Assembly (NCBI GenBank): GCA_965222065.1
Contig: OZ244933.1
Span: 1,447,680-1,511,679 of the forward strand
DNA: 64,000 bases
Origin: Pseudomonadales bacterium
Lineage (GTDB): Bacteria > Pseudomonadota > Gammaproteobacteria > Pseudomonadales > GM7GCV1
Direction: 5' to 3'
The notes under the pieces are model-generated. The model ran no database searches. It was not told where the DNA came from and was given only the letters and a program-made list of their open reading frames with translations. Both the position numbers and the translations under genes were made by a program. Every line of letters begins with the position of its first letter. Positions within the stretch are counted from its first letter, which is position 1. Of this stretch, positions 31,482 to 41,663 are shown piece after piece.

Positions 31482-32510
31482 GTGGCAGTCATGGCGATTT
31501 GGGAAGGTGTTAAACGACAACTGCGCTCGGTTATTGAGTGGGAACAGCCCAGCGATGAACAGCTTTTTTACCGCTGGACGGACACGGGCGACGAAATCAA
31601 GAATGCCTCCAAACTGATTGTCGGCCCGGGGCAAGGATGCGTCTTTGTTTATGAGGGCGTTGTTCAGGCCATGCATGTCGAACCCGGCATGGTAGATCTG
31701 GAAACTGACAACGTTCCATTCTGGACCACAGTCAAAAAATTTATGCAGGCCTTTGAGAGCGAACACAAGGTTGGCATGTACTTCTTCCGCACTGCCAAAG
31801 TGCTGGACCAGAAGTGGGGAACCACCTCTCCCATCAAATACGTGGACTCAGTCTACCAGTTTCCCGTCGGTCTCAAGGCCTATGGCAGCTACAGCTACCG
31901 GATCAACAACCCCCTGGAATTCTTTGTCAATGTAATTGCCGGCCAGCATGACTACAGCACCAGCGACTTCCGTTCCGTTATGTCCGACCGGATTTTGCAC
32001 CCCTTAAGTGACTATCTGGCGGAGATGAAACACAGCTACAACGAAATCGATGCCTTTCGCGATGAAATCGCTGAAGGCATGCGCCAGCGCCTTGACCAGG
32101 AGTTCGACAAACTGGGCTTTACCATTACGGACTTCCGTATTGAAGGTACCGCTTTTGACGACAACACCCTTGACCGCATCAACCGTATCGCAGACGTCAC
32201 CGCTGAATCCGCTGCCGCCAAGGCTGCCGGTATGGACTATGCCGGGCTTCAGCATCTGGAAGCATTGCGGGAAGCCGCCCGTAATGAAGGCGGAGCCGCG
32301 GGCGCAGGGGTTGGTATTGGAGCCGGCATTGGGCTTGGCCAGGCCATGACAGAAAAAATGACCCAGCAAATGCAGGATGCCGAGGTAATCAGCAAAGAAG
32401 AAAAGCCGCTAATCAACAAGCTCAACAAACTCAAGGAAATGCGCGACTCTGATCTGATTACCGAAGAAGAGTATGCCGCCAAAAAAGCCGATATCCTGGA
32501 CCAACTCTAA
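31482..32510 (+). CDS. SPFH/band-7 domain protein with a C-terminal SHOCT domain
   Basis: SPFH-like core, Gly/Ala-rich linker, and a terminal DLITEEEYAAKKADIL motif that matches SHOCT. Confidence 0.6.
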   Translation: MAVMAIWEGVKRQLRSVIEWEQPSDEQLFYRWTDTGDEIKNASKLIVGPGQGCVFVYEGVVQAMHVEPGMVDLETDNVPFWTTVKKFMQAFESEHKVGMYFFRTAKVLDQKWGTTSPIKYVDSVYQFPVGLKAYGSYSYRINNPLEFFVNVIAGQHDYSTSDFRSVMSDRILHPLSDYLAEMKHSYNEIDAFRDEIAEGMRQRLDQEFDKLGFTITDFRIEGTAFDDNTLDRINRIADVTAESAAAKAAGMDYAGLQHLEALREAARNEGGAAGAGVGIGAGIGLGQAMTEKMTQQMQDAEVISKEEKPLINKLNKLKEMRDSDLITEEEYAAKKADILDQL

Positions 32511-32575
32511 CAACCTAATCCGGGGTCAGAGTAAAAATTTACCCTGACCCCAATTTTCGACAGGTAGTCTCCCAG

Positions 32576-33253
32576 ATGTCTGAATGCCGATTTTGTAGCG
32601 CACCCGTCGATCGCCGAACCGGCTTTTGCCGATACTGCGATAGTCGCCTTGAACTGGATCTGCATGGGAACCTGGCTGGCCGACTTTATGAGCCTGACTC
32701 CGAACGCACTTGTCCGGACTGCCAAATCTCCCTGGACACCATCGACCTGAAAATTGATAAAAAATTCCTGGTGGAAAAATGCCGGGAATGCCACGGCCTG
32801 TTTTTTGATCCCGGCGAACTGGAAATGGTGCTGGCCAAATCCGTGTCCAATGTCTATCACGTCGACCGCCAGAAACTGAATGATCTGCAAAGTCATAGCT
32901 ATCAGTCTCGCCCAAAAGAATTCAAATACCGAAAGTGCCCGGCCTGCCAGGTGGTCATGAATCGCGTCGCTTTTGGTTATCGTTCAGGTGTTATCGTCGA
33001 CCATTGCAACAAGCATGGCTTCTGGCTGGACGAAGGCGAACTTCGGCAATTACAGGAATGGAAAAAAGCCGGCGGTGAAATGGAACAAAAGAACAGGGGT
33101 AAAGGCTATGGCCACGAAGCCAGGGCCCCATTACCAGAGGACACCCCTCGTCCGAAAAAAACAGCCAATATCAGTTTTACCACCACCTCAAACCGGCGCG
33201 CTGATTTCGATGCAGGCGATGTATTTGATTTATTGACCGGTATATTTAACTAA
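32576..33253 (+). CDS. Zinc-ribbon domain protein (TFIIB-type zinc-ribbon family), function unknown
   Basis: Four CxxC pairs (CRFC, CRYC, CPDC, CREC, CPAC). Repeated G(L/F)(F/W)(F/L)D.GEL motifs. Confidence 0.6.
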   Translation: MSECRFCSAPVDRRTGFCRYCDSRLELDLHGNLAGRLYEPDSERTCPDCQISLDTIDLKIDKKFLVEKCRECHGLFFDPGELEMVLAKSVSNVYHVDRQKLNDLQSHSYQSRPKEFKYRKCPACQVVMNRVAFGYRSGVIVDHCNKHGFWLDEGELRQLQEWKKAGGEMEQKNRGKGYGHEARAPLPEDTPRPKKTANISFTTTSNRRADFDAGDVFDLLTGIFN

Positions 33254-33336
33254 CCGGACCAAACAGTCAGCACAAACATTTGAATGCCTGTCATGCTTGC
33301 GCCACTATAGATAGCAAATATCTATTGGAGCATGTC

Positions 33337-33747
33337 ATGCAAGTCGAACTGAAAGGTTCCTGCCTTTGCGGCAATCATAGCTATCAAGTCACCGGTGAGA
33401 TGGCCGGTTTTTACCATTGTCACTGTAGCCGATGCCGGAAAATGACCGGTACAGGTCATGCCTCAAATATCATTGTTCAACCTGGTGAGCTGGAGCTGTT
33501 TGGCGATCCAGATGAAATTGGTGTCTTCAAGGTGCCCGATGCCGAGCGCTTTGCCAGTCGCTTTTGCAAAAATTGTGGCGGCCCCATTCCCCGGGTTGCC
33601 AAGCACATGCAAAGAGTCGTGGTTCCCGCGGGCACACTGGATCAGGAAATTGATTTCAAGCCCGAGTGCAGAATTTTTTGGGACTCGCGAGCTGACTGGT
33701 CATGCAGTCACGAAGAGCTGCCAAACTTTTCTCAATACCCCGAGTAA
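33337..33747 (+). CDS. GFA-family protein (glutathione-dependent formaldehyde-activating enzyme / CENP-V-like)
   Basis: CLCG...HCHCSRCRK zinc-binding Cys pattern of the GFA family. Start placed at MQVELKGSCLCG. Confidence 0.7.
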   Translation: MQVELKGSCLCGNHSYQVTGEMAGFYHCHCSRCRKMTGTGHASNIIVQPGELELFGDPDEIGVFKVPDAERFASRFCKNCGGPIPRVAKHMQRVVVPAGTLDQEIDFKPECRIFWDSRADWSCSHEELPNFSQYPE

Positions 33748-33791
33748 TTACACTTATCGTCGCTCTTTGGTCATTATTAAGCTCGAAATTA

Positions 33792-33836
33792 TGTAATTTT
33801 ACACCTTTTTTTTATTAATTATGTAACAATATTACG
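33792..33836. promoter_or_regulatory. Two HexR-type operator-like palindromes upstream of zwf
   Basis: TGTAATTTTACA (33792-33803) and TGTAACAATATTACG (33822-33836) resemble the published HexR consensus TGTAATTAAATTACA. A hexR gene is encoded at the end of the same cluster. Confidence 0.5.
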
Positions 33837-33910
33837 TTTACTGTCCTGCCTGCGATAACAGGTAACGCGCGCTTCCCGCAAAGGAAAATAGTCAGGAAGG
33901 TCTATTTGAT

Positions 33911-35362
33911 ATGGCAAAAAAATCTGAATTGTTGATTATTGGCGGCGATGGCGATCTTGCTATCCGCAAGCTTTATCCGGCACTTTTCTCTCTGGAACAG
34001 GCGGGTGAGCTGTCCCGGGATTTTTCCATTATCGGCATGGCCCGCAAACCCAAGCCACGTGAGGAAGTACTTAAACTAATCAAAAGCCGCCTTGAGACAT
34101 CCGGCCGTTTTTACGAAGAAGACTGGCAGCGTTTCGCCAACCGCATAGATCTCCGCCAGGGAGACGCCAGCAGTGCGGACTCCCTGTCTGAATACGCCGG
34201 GACGATTGATCTGGAAACAACCCAGCTCACGGCCTACTTCGCTATTCCACCCAGTATTTTTGAGTCGGTATGCAACGCCATGGACAAGGCGGGCCTGGTG
34301 GTTCCAGATACTCGTGTTGTGGTGGAAAAACCGCTGGGAACCGATAAGGCTTCCTTCTGTGAAATCCATGATTCGCTGGCCAAGATTTTTGCCGAATCAC
34401 AAGTGTATCGAATTGATCACTACCTCGGGAAAGAATCCGTACAAAATCTTCTCGCCTTGCGTTTTGCCAATATCTTTTTTGGCTCGCTGTGGAACGGATC
34501 CTATATTGAAAACGTGCAAATCACCATCGCCGAAACCGTTGGTGTCGAAGATCGTCATGAATTTTATGAGGAGACCGGCGCACTCAGGGATATGGTGCAA
34601 AACCACATGATGCAGTTACTTTGCCTGGTCGCCCTGGAACCGCCTGCCAATAAATCTGCTGAGATGATTCGTGGCGAAAAACTCAAGGTTTTAAAGTCAC
34701 TCAAGCCTATCGATTTACAGGACATTAACGCCAAGACCATTCGCGGCCAATACGCATCCGGAAGCATAGATAACGAACTGGTCCCGGGATACCAACAGGA
34801 AATTGGTCAGGAAAAAGGCTCCAATGTAGAAACCTATGTGGCCATCAAGGCAGAAATTGATAACTGGCGCTGGGCCAATGTGCCTTTCTATCTTCGAACA
34901 GGCAAACGCATGAGTTCACGCTGTGCGGAAATCATCATTCAGTTCCGCAACCCCAAACACAATATTTTTCCGGCACAAACCATGGGTATGGCTGGCAACC
35001 AGCTACGCATCCGGTTACAGCCCGATGAAGGTATCGAGTTGCATTTTCTCAATAAAGGCCCTGGCGTGGGAGAAACACCCATGGAAGAGGTGTCCCTCAG
35101 CCTGGATGCCCCATATTCATTCAAACAGCACAGTTTTGACGCTTATGCCCGCTTGCTGCTGGAAGTCCTTAGGGGCGACCAAACCCTGTTTGTCAGCGCT
35201 GAAGAAGTCATTGCTTCCTGGGAGTGGATTGACCAGATACGTAAACACTGGGATGCCGCCAAGTCGAGAGCCTACCCCTATGCCGCCGGCACCATGGGTC
35301 CGTCCCAGTCGGTTGTCATGATGGCCCGTGATAATCGCGAGTGGATCGACCTGAGCCGTTAA
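33911..35362 (+). CDS. zwf: Glucose-6-phosphate 1-dehydrogenase
   Basis: G6PD signature RIDHYLGKE and N-terminal LLIIGGDGDLAIRKLYPALF. Confidence 0.9.
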   Translation: MAKKSELLIIGGDGDLAIRKLYPALFSLEQAGELSRDFSIIGMARKPKPREEVLKLIKSRLETSGRFYEEDWQRFANRIDLRQGDASSADSLSEYAGTIDLETTQLTAYFAIPPSIFESVCNAMDKAGLVVPDTRVVVEKPLGTDKASFCEIHDSLAKIFAESQVYRIDHYLGKESVQNLLALRFANIFFGSLWNGSYIENVQITIAETVGVEDRHEFYEETGALRDMVQNHMMQLLCLVALEPPANKSAEMIRGEKLKVLKSLKPIDLQDINAKTIRGQYASGSIDNELVPGYQQEIGQEKGSNVETYVAIKAEIDNWRWANVPFYLRTGKRMSSRCAEIIIQFRNPKHNIFPAQTMGMAGNQLRIRLQPDEGIELHFLNKGPGVGETPMEEVSLSLDAPYSFKQHSFDAYARLLLEVLRGDQTLFVSAEEVIASWEWIDQIRKHWDAAKSRAYPYAAGTMGPSQSVVMMARDNREWIDLSR

Positions 35363-35381
35363 ACCGACTAATCGAGATCGA

Positions 35382-36095
35382 ATGGATACAGTAAACCTGC
35401 ATGACCCCCAACAATTGGCCGAAGCGCTCGGCGACCGTATTACCCGACTTTTGGCAGATGCCATCAAAGCCAGGGGCAAAGCCACGTTGGTTGTTTCAGG
35501 TGGCTCAACGCCCAAACCACTTTTTCAATATCTCTCACGCCAGCCAATAAACTGGAGCAACGTCACTGTCACCCTGGCCGATGAGCGCTGTGTTCCGGCT
35601 GAGTCCGAACAAAGTAATGCCCGCCTGGTTCGTGAGAACCTTCTGCAGTATCAGGCAAGTGCCGCCAAATTTGTGGCACTGCATAATGACAGCGTTGCAC
35701 CTGATGTCTCGGCGGCACAGGCAGATTCAAGCATGGGCAACCTGCCCAAATTTGATTGCGTGATCCTCGGCATGGGCAATGATGGTCATACGGCGTCAAT
35801 ATTCCCTGAAGCCAGCGGTCGCGATCAGGCACTGGATCTCAATAACAAAGCAAATGCCATGCTGATTGACCCTGTTACTGTTACGCCACTGCGAATTACC
35901 CAGACAGCACGTCGCTTGCTGGATACCCGGTGGATGGTTTTACACATTACCGGCGAAGAAAAAGCACGATTGCTGGATCAAATAGCAAACGCCCCTGATC
36001 CAGGGAAATGGCCGATCTCTTTCTTCCTTTGTCAGACCGAAATACCATTTTCAGTCTACAAAAACAACTCTAGTGAGCAGGAGTCCGCACCATGA
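35382..36095 (+). CDS. pgl: 6-phosphogluconolactonase
   Basis: 237-aa DevB/Pgl-type protein with the GLG.DGHTAS motif, located between zwf and edd. Confidence 0.85.
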   Translation: MDTVNLHDPQQLAEALGDRITRLLADAIKARGKATLVVSGGSTPKPLFQYLSRQPINWSNVTVTLADERCVPAESEQSNARLVRENLLQYQASAAKFVALHNDSVAPDVSAAQADSSMGNLPKFDCVILGMGNDGHTASIFPEASGRDQALDLNNKANAMLIDPVTVTPLRITQTARRLLDTRWMVLHITGEEKARLLDQIANAPDPGKWPISFFLCQTEIPFSVYKNNSSEQESAP

Positions 36096-37942
36096 ATCCG
36101 GTCGTTGAAGCAGTCACCAATGAATTAATCGAGCGCAGTTCGATCACCCGCCAAAACTACATTGAGCGAATGCGTCACTCCATGGAACACACGCCACCCA
36201 AGCGCAAACTTTCTTGCGGCAACCTGGCACATGCGTTTGCAGCCAACACCGATTCTGAAAAAACCACGATTGCAGACCAGGTCTATTCTCCCAGTATCGC
36301 CAGCGACCGACTGAACAGCACCAATCTGGGCATTATTAATGCCTATAACGATATGCTGTCCGCTCATCAGCCACTCAAGGACTACCCGGACCAGATCAAG
36401 GCCGCAGCAAGGGCACTTGGCTCGACAGCACAGGTAGCCGCTGGTGTTCCCGCAATGTGCGATGGCGTCACACAGGGGCATGAAGGGATGGAACTGAGTT
36501 TGTTCAGCCGCGATGTTATTGCACTGGCAACGGCTATTGGTCTTTCACACAACATGTTTGACGGCAATTTTTTTCTGGGGGTATGCGACAAAATTGTTCC
36601 CGGCATGATGATGGGCGCCCTGGAATTTGGTCACCTGCCGGCGGTATTTGTTCCCGCAGGACCAATGCCATCGGGTATGTCCAATGATGAAAAGGCCAAA
36701 CAGCGGCAACTCTTTGCCGAAGGGAAAATTGACCGTCGCCAGATGCTGGAGGTCGAATCCGCCTGCTATCACAGTCCGGGCACCTGTACCTTTTATGGCA
36801 CAGCAAATTCCAACCAGATGCTGATGGAGATGCTGGGCGTCCAGTTGGCCGGCGCATCCTTTGTGCAACCTGGAACTGAACTGCGTGCAGCCCTGACCAA
36901 AGCAGCTGTAGAAAAGCTGATTCGGGCAACAGAGCCCAACGGTAATTATCGGCCCCTGTATGAGGTGGTCACCGAGAAATCCGTAATAAATGCCCTGGTG
37001 GGACTGTTGGCCACGGGAGGATCAACCAATCACAGCCTGCATCTGGTAGCGATCGCCAGATGTGCCGGAATCATGTTGGACTGGTCGGATGTTGATCGCC
37101 TGTCCAAGGTAATTCCCTTGCTGGCAAAGGTGTATCCAAACGGCTCTGCCGATGTAAACCACTTCCAGCAGGCTGGCGGCATGGCCTTTCTTGTCCATGA
37201 ATTACGACGGGCCGGACTTTTAAATGAAGATGTCGTCAATATCATGGGGTCCGACCTCTCTGCCTATGAGCTCGCTCCTGAACTAAAAGGCGATGAGGTC
37301 ATCTGGCAGAACCGGGTGACATCGAGCACGGACACCAGCGTACTTGCCAGCATTGAAAAACCATTTGCCAGTAACGGCGGGCTGTCTCTTCTCAATGGCA
37401 ATCTTGGCAAATCCATTATCAAGGTATCCGCCGTCAAGGAAGAGCATCGACAGATTGAAGCCCCGGCAGCGGTCTTTGAATCGCAAAATGAATTTATCGA
37501 TGCCTTTAATCGCGGTGAGCTGTTTCGTGACATGGTTGCTGTCGTCCGCTTTCAGGGCCCCGCCGCAAACGGGATGCCTGAACTGCACAAGCTCACGCCG
37601 CTGCTCGGCATTTGCCAGGATCGCGGCTTTAAAGTTGCACTGGTAACCGATGGCCGCATGTCCGGTGCGTCAGGCAAAGTGCCAGCTGCCATTCATGTGT
37701 CACCGGAAGGCCTTAAAGGTGGCATAATTTCCAAGGTGCGCGACGGCGATATCATCAAACTTGATGCGAACGCCGGGACACTTGAGCTATTAGTCAGCGA
37801 AGAGGAATTACAACACCGGATGACCGAGAGCTACACCCCGGAAATGCAAACCATTGGCCGCGGTTTATTCGAAAACTTTCGCGCCGCTGTCGATATCGCT
37901 GAACGCGGTGCAGCGACTGTTAATCCAAATCACTGTCCATAA
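36092..37942 (+). CDS. edd: Phosphogluconate dehydratase (Entner-Doudoroff)
   Basis: ILVD/EDD family motifs (CDGVTQG, CDKIVPG). 616 aa, overlaps the pgl stop, followed by eda. Confidence 0.9.
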   Translation: MNPVVEAVTNELIERSSITRQNYIERMRHSMEHTPPKRKLSCGNLAHAFAANTDSEKTTIADQVYSPSIASDRLNSTNLGIINAYNDMLSAHQPLKDYPDQIKAAARALGSTAQVAAGVPAMCDGVTQGHEGMELSLFSRDVIALATAIGLSHNMFDGNFFLGVCDKIVPGMMMGALEFGHLPAVFVPAGPMPSGMSNDEKAKQRQLFAEGKIDRRQMLEVESACYHSPGTCTFYGTANSNQMLMEMLGVQLAGASFVQPGTELRAALTKAAVEKLIRATEPNGNYRPLYEVVTEKSVINALVGLLATGGSTNHSLHLVAIARCAGIMLDWSDVDRLSKVIPLLAKVYPNGSADVNHFQQAGGMAFLVHELRRAGLLNEDVVNIMGSDLSAYELAPELKGDEVIWQNRVTSSTDTSVLASIEKPFASNGGLSLLNGNLGKSIIKVSAVKEEHRQIEAPAAVFESQNEFIDAFNRGELFRDMVAVVRFQGPAANGMPELHKLTPLLGICQDRGFKVALVTDGRMSGASGKVPAAIHVSPEGLKGGIISKVRDGDIIKLDANAGTLELLVSEEELQHRMTESYTPEMQTIGRGLFENFRAAVDIAERGAATVNPNHCP

Positions 37943-37957
37943 TTCACGGAACGTTAA

Positions 37958-38578
37958 ATGTCTGAACTCATTACCACTCTAAAAAGCTACAAAGTTCTTC
38001 CTGTCGTTACACCACCTGCCCCGGAGCAATGTGTGCAACTGGCCCAGGCTCTCGCCGCAGGCGGAATCAAGGCGATTGAAATAACACTGCGCAATGAGAC
38101 CGCCATGGAGGCACTCAAGGCCGTGAAGGAATCAGATGTTCAAATTGATGTTGGCGTTGGCACACTGACCAGCGCCAGGCAGGTCGAAGCCGTTGCAGAA
38201 CTTGGCCTGGATTTTGGCATTTCTCCCGGTGTCACGCCGGCCGTTTTACAAGCCGCGGTAGACACCGGCTTGCGCCTGATTCCCGGGGTGACCAGCCCAT
38301 CGGAAATGATGCTGGGTATGGAGTATGGCCTTGAGACATTCAAATTATTTCCAGCGGGCGCTATCGGTGGATACAACCTGCTAAAGGCCCTTTCCGGCCC
38401 CTTCCCTAACATCAGTTTCTGTCCAACAGGCGGCATCAACCTGGAAAATGCCCGTCAATATCTGGACCTGCCAAATGTTGTCTGTATCGGTGGCTCCTGG
38501 ATGGTACCGAATGAACTGGTTCGCAAAAGTGATTGGGAATCCATTACCAAACTCTGTGCGGAAGCGATCAACGTTTAA
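37958..38578 (+). CDS. eda: 2-dehydro-3-deoxy-phosphogluconate (KDPG) aldolase
   Basis: 206-aa KDPG/KHG aldolase pattern (LPVVT, GIKAIEITLR, FKLFPA, CPTGGI). Confidence 0.9.
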   Translation: MSELITTLKSYKVLPVVTPPAPEQCVQLAQALAAGGIKAIEITLRNETAMEALKAVKESDVQIDVGVGTLTSARQVEAVAELGLDFGISPGVTPAVLQAAVDTGLRLIPGVTSPSEMMLGMEYGLETFKLFPAGAIGGYNLLKALSGPFPNISFCPTGGINLENARQYLDLPNVVCIGGSWMVPNELVRKSDWESITKLCAEAINV

Positions 38579-38667
38579 ACTGCAAGATCAATTTTTTGAA
38601 AGTCCGACAGAAAAATGTAATAAAATGTCAAATTTGCTTTCAAAAGTATTTAAGACAGTAATCTGAC

Positions 38668-39558
38668 ATGATCGACAAACCTCGCCTGCTGACACTGATG
38701 AGAAGCAGCGACATCAAGCTGAGTAAATCGGACCGAAAACTGGCCTCTATCATTCAAAGAGACCCACACCGCGTCATTCATCAATCCATTGCCAGCCTGG
38801 CAGAACAGGCAGAAGTGAGCGAGCCGACGGTCAGCCGCTTTTGTCTTAAGCTGGGCTGTAACGGATACCCGCAGTTCAAATTACGCCTTGCCCAGGAGAT
38901 TTCTGCCGGGGATGACCTCTATGTAGACAACATGGATCGTGAAGACTCAACCGTCACTGTGATGAAGAAGATTATGGACAATATTCTTGCCAGTGTTCAG
39001 GCTATTTCCAAGTCAACCAGCCCCCAGTCAGTGGACCACGCCGCCAAGCAAATAGCCAACTGCAGCACGGTTTATTTTTTTGGCATGGGGGCATCCGGCC
39101 CCGTGGCTCTTGATGCCCAACACAAGTTCTTTCGTTTTGGCATGTCGGTTGTGGCGCATACGGATTCCATCAACATGCGCATGGTTTGCTCCATGCTCAG
39201 ACCGGATGATGTGGCAGTATTTATCTCCTACTCGGGCCAGACCACGGCTCTGGTGGAAGCGTCTGTGATTGCCCGCGAATCCGGCGCGCCTATTATCGGC
39301 CTTACGCGCAATGGTACCCCTTTGGCGTCGCACTGTGATGTGGTATTGAATGCCGTAACGGCGGAGGATATAGACCTCTTTACCCCGATGACCTCGCGCA
39401 TCATCCATCTCGCCATTATCGACATACTTGCCACCACCGTTGCCCTTAAAATGGGTAAACGGGTGGAAAAGCTCATTCAGTCAATACAGGGAAATCTCAG
39501 GGCAACACGCCTGGATGGCGGCAACGATTTTTCCTCTTCAGAAAAAAAAGGTGTCTAG
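38668..39558 (+). CDS. hexR: RpiR/MurR-family transcriptional regulator HexR
   Basis: N-terminal HTH (SIASLAEQAEVSEPTVSRFCLKLGCNGYPQFK) plus a SIS domain. Follows the ED operon. Confidence 0.8.
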   Translation: MIDKPRLLTLMRSSDIKLSKSDRKLASIIQRDPHRVIHQSIASLAEQAEVSEPTVSRFCLKLGCNGYPQFKLRLAQEISAGDDLYVDNMDREDSTVTVMKKIMDNILASVQAISKSTSPQSVDHAAKQIANCSTVYFFGMGASGPVALDAQHKFFRFGMSVVAHTDSINMRMVCSMLRPDDVAVFISYSGQTTALVEASVIARESGAPIIGLTRNGTPLASHCDVVLNAVTAEDIDLFTPMTSRIIHLAIIDILATTVALKMGKRVEKLIQSIQGNLRATRLDGGNDFSSSEKKGV

Positions 39559-39574
39559 CCATTTTGCAGACCTA

Positions 39575-39588
39575 TTGACCTGTATCAA
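39575..39588. promoter_or_regulatory. Putative FNR/ANR box TTGACCTGTATCAA
   Basis: Matches the FNR consensus TTGAT-N4-ATCAA at 9 of 10 positions. Lies 57 bp upstream of a small ORF and ~245 bp upstream of uspA. An fnr gene is encoded 2 kb downstream. Confidence 0.45.
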
Positions 39589-39644
39589 GGCCAGGATTTC
39601 TGTAAACGAACATACTTTCTCCATCAACCAATGGAGGTTATGTG

Positions 39645-39749
39645 ATGATTGTAGAAGACCGCACTGCCCTGATGAATGTTGGCAAAGTTGTGATGGCAGG
39701 CGTTGCCATTATGTTAACCCTGATCGCCGTTTCCGTCGTTATTGGCTAA
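39645..39749 (+). CDS. Small hydrophobic peptide (34 aa, single TM) upstream of uspA
   Basis: ATG at 39645 preceded by GGAGGTTATGTG. Translation MIVEDRTALMNVGKVVMAGVAIMLTLIAVSVVIG. Below the size cutoff of the ORF track. Confidence 0.4.
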   Translation: MIVEDRTALMNVGKVVMAGVAIMLTLIAVSVVIG

Positions 39750-39832
39750 TATAGACTTGTGGTTTCCAGCAACAGGTTGGAAGCTATGTTTTGGGCGAGT
39801 ACACTCGGGGCAAGACACCCAGGGAGGTCGTT

Positions 39833-40264
39833 ATGTATCAGAATATATTTGTCGCTGTTGATGGCTCTGAAGATTCAGAAAAAGCACTGTTAACCGCTGC
39901 CGAAATGGCCACACATTTCAAATCAACGCTTCACCTGGTGTTTGCCATTCAGTATCAGCACTATGCCATGGGGCTTGGCTCTGAAGTTGCCTTTACCTTG
40001 CCCCAGGAAGAATTGGAAGCATTTGCCAAGGAGCTTCTCACAGGCAGCAAGGAGAAGGCAGAAAAGGCCGGCTGTAAACAGATTGAAACCCACCAGGTAA
40101 TGGGTGAGGCCGGGCAGGCTGTCACTGAGCTCGCCCAGGAAAAAGGGGCCGACCTGATTGTTGTTGGCAGTAAAGGCCACAGCGATATCGCCGGTTTTTT
40201 ACTTGGTAGCGTATCGCACAAAATTTGTCACCTGGCGCACTGTCCCTGCCTGGTGGTTAGATAA
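39833..40264 (+). CDS. uspA: Universal stress protein (UspA family)
   Basis: Usp fold motifs IFVAVDGSEDS and GADLIVVGSKGHSDIAGFLLGSVS. AGGGAGG Shine-Dalgarno before the ATG at 39833. Confidence 0.85.
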   Translation: MYQNIFVAVDGSEDSEKALLTAAEMATHFKSTLHLVFAIQYQHYAMGLGSEVAFTLPQEELEAFAKELLTGSKEKAEKAGCKQIETHQVMGEAGQAVTELAQEKGADLIVVGSKGHSDIAGFLLGSVSHKICHLAHCPCLVVR

Positions 40265-40278
40265 GTATTTGTGCCGGT

Positions 40279-40662
40279 CTAGTCTTCCAGACTAAGCCAG
40301 TCCATCGCTTCTTCGACCGTCTCAAAACTTTTTATCTCTCCTGAGACGAACCAGGAGGCGATCCTGGCCATTGTCTCCTGCCAGGTGAGATCGCCATATA
40401 GCGCAATCCTCTTGAATTGCTGTCCGTGTTTTAATCCCAGCTTTAGATCATCCCAGGCCGCTCTTAATTCCCAGCCGTCAAAATCCCTCAGATCTACCAG
40501 CATTTTTACATTCGGGTCATCCACAGCAGCAAGCGCGGAATCCAGGATGGGAGTAAAAACCTGATAATCCTCATGCGTTAGCTTGCCAACTACTTTAAGG
40601 CCGATAAATATCTCGGTGCCTACGCGTTCAACACCAATTGATATTCCATGACGCTTTTTCAT
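40279..40662 (-). CDS. SpoIIAA-like/STAS-fold protein (DUF3478-type)
   Basis: 127-aa protein with a KMLVDLRDFDGWELRAAWDD.KLGLKHGQQFKRIALYGD pattern recalled from the DUF3478/STAS family. Confidence 0.45.
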   Translation of the reverse strand: MKKRHGISIGVERVGTEIFIGLKVVGKLTHEDYQVFTPILDSALAAVDDPNVKMLVDLRDFDGWELRAAWDDLKLGLKHGQQFKRIALYGDLTWQETMARIASWFVSGEIKSFETVEEAMDWLSLED

Positions 40663-40758
40663 TCACCACTCCCGGGTTATGAGAAACAAAGTGCCAGTCA
40701 TGTTATCAATGCGATTTGATTTTCTATTTGACAGGGATCAACTTTTGTCCATTATTAG

Positions 40759-41031
40759 TTGAAATATCCACTTTTTGAGGTCATTGCAATGAACATTGAC
40801 ACCCTGACATCTGTGCTGGGCTGGATCACCCTGCTTAACATTGGTCTTTTACTTGTTTGGTGGCTCTTGCTCCTTTTTGCCAAAGAGTGGATTTTTAATA
40901 TGCATCGGCACTGGTTCTCATTGACCAACTCACAGTTCAGCGAGATTCATTATCAGCTATATGGACAATACAAGCTGGCAACCCTTCTGCTATTTATTAC
41001 CCCCTACCTTTCCCTAAAAATAGTGGCCTGA
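40759..41031 (+). CDS. Small membrane protein, function unknown
   Basis: Two predicted TM helices. The alternative start MNIDTL at 40789 is possible. Confidence 0.4.
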   Translation: MKYPLFEVIAMNIDTLTSVLGWITLLNIGLLLVWWLLLLFAKEWIFNMHRHWFSLTNSQFSEIHYQLYGQYKLATLLLFITPYLSLKIVA

Positions 41032-41083
41032 ACCAGCTAATTTTTTCTATCCGGTGTGGTCTAAGCGTGTGGAGGGTACCTAA

Positions 41084-41575
41084 ATGAAGCAAAAAAACGC
41101 TCTTTTTGCCCTGTTTATCATGTTTAGCTGCACATCACTGGATCTGACGGCCGAGGATGTTTTTCGATCCAATTATGGCGAATACTATTATCTGGAAAGT
41201 GGCCTGGTCATCAGTCAGCATGTTATCGAGCCGACGTTTAGCTCCTTTTCAGACTGGCATGGTGTGGCAGACCTCAACAAACGCAACAGTTACCGGCTGA
41301 GGGAAAAACAAACCCGGTATCTGGATGTCCAGTTTTTAAGCTGTGGCATTGACCCATTTAGCCCCCGGCCCAGTATCGACCATGCTCGTAATATGGTAAG
41401 AGACTGCCTGAGGGCTCATGTCTGGGAAAATGATGATATTCCGGATTGGGCAAAATATGTGGGCACAGCCCTCGCCCTGGGGGCAGCCTCAGAAAGCGGA
41501 GCACTGGACAACGAAATCAGTGTCAATATTGATCTGACAACGCTCAATCAATTATTCAACACACAAAACCAATAA
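41084..41575 (+). CDS. Secreted/lipoprotein-like hypothetical protein
   Basis: Signal peptide with a Cys (LFIMFSCTS). No recognisable domain. Confidence 0.4.
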   Translation: MKQKNALFALFIMFSCTSLDLTAEDVFRSNYGEYYYLESGLVISQHVIEPTFSSFSDWHGVADLNKRNSYRLREKQTRYLDVQFLSCGIDPFSPRPSIDHARNMVRDCLRAHVWENDDIPDWAKYVGTALALGAASESGALDNEISVNIDLTTLNQLFNTQNQ

Positions 41576-41663
41576 AATCGCTTTTAGGTCGCTCCGGCGC
41601 CAGAACAACATTATCAAGAGCAAGGAAACTTCCTATAATGACCCAGCCATAGGGAGCCGAAAT

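Noticed and set aside
38579-38667. HexR-like half-palindrome TGTAATAAAATGTCA upstream of hexR
   Set aside because: Only one good half-site (TGTAA). Mentioned as possible autoregulation but too weak to call as a feature.
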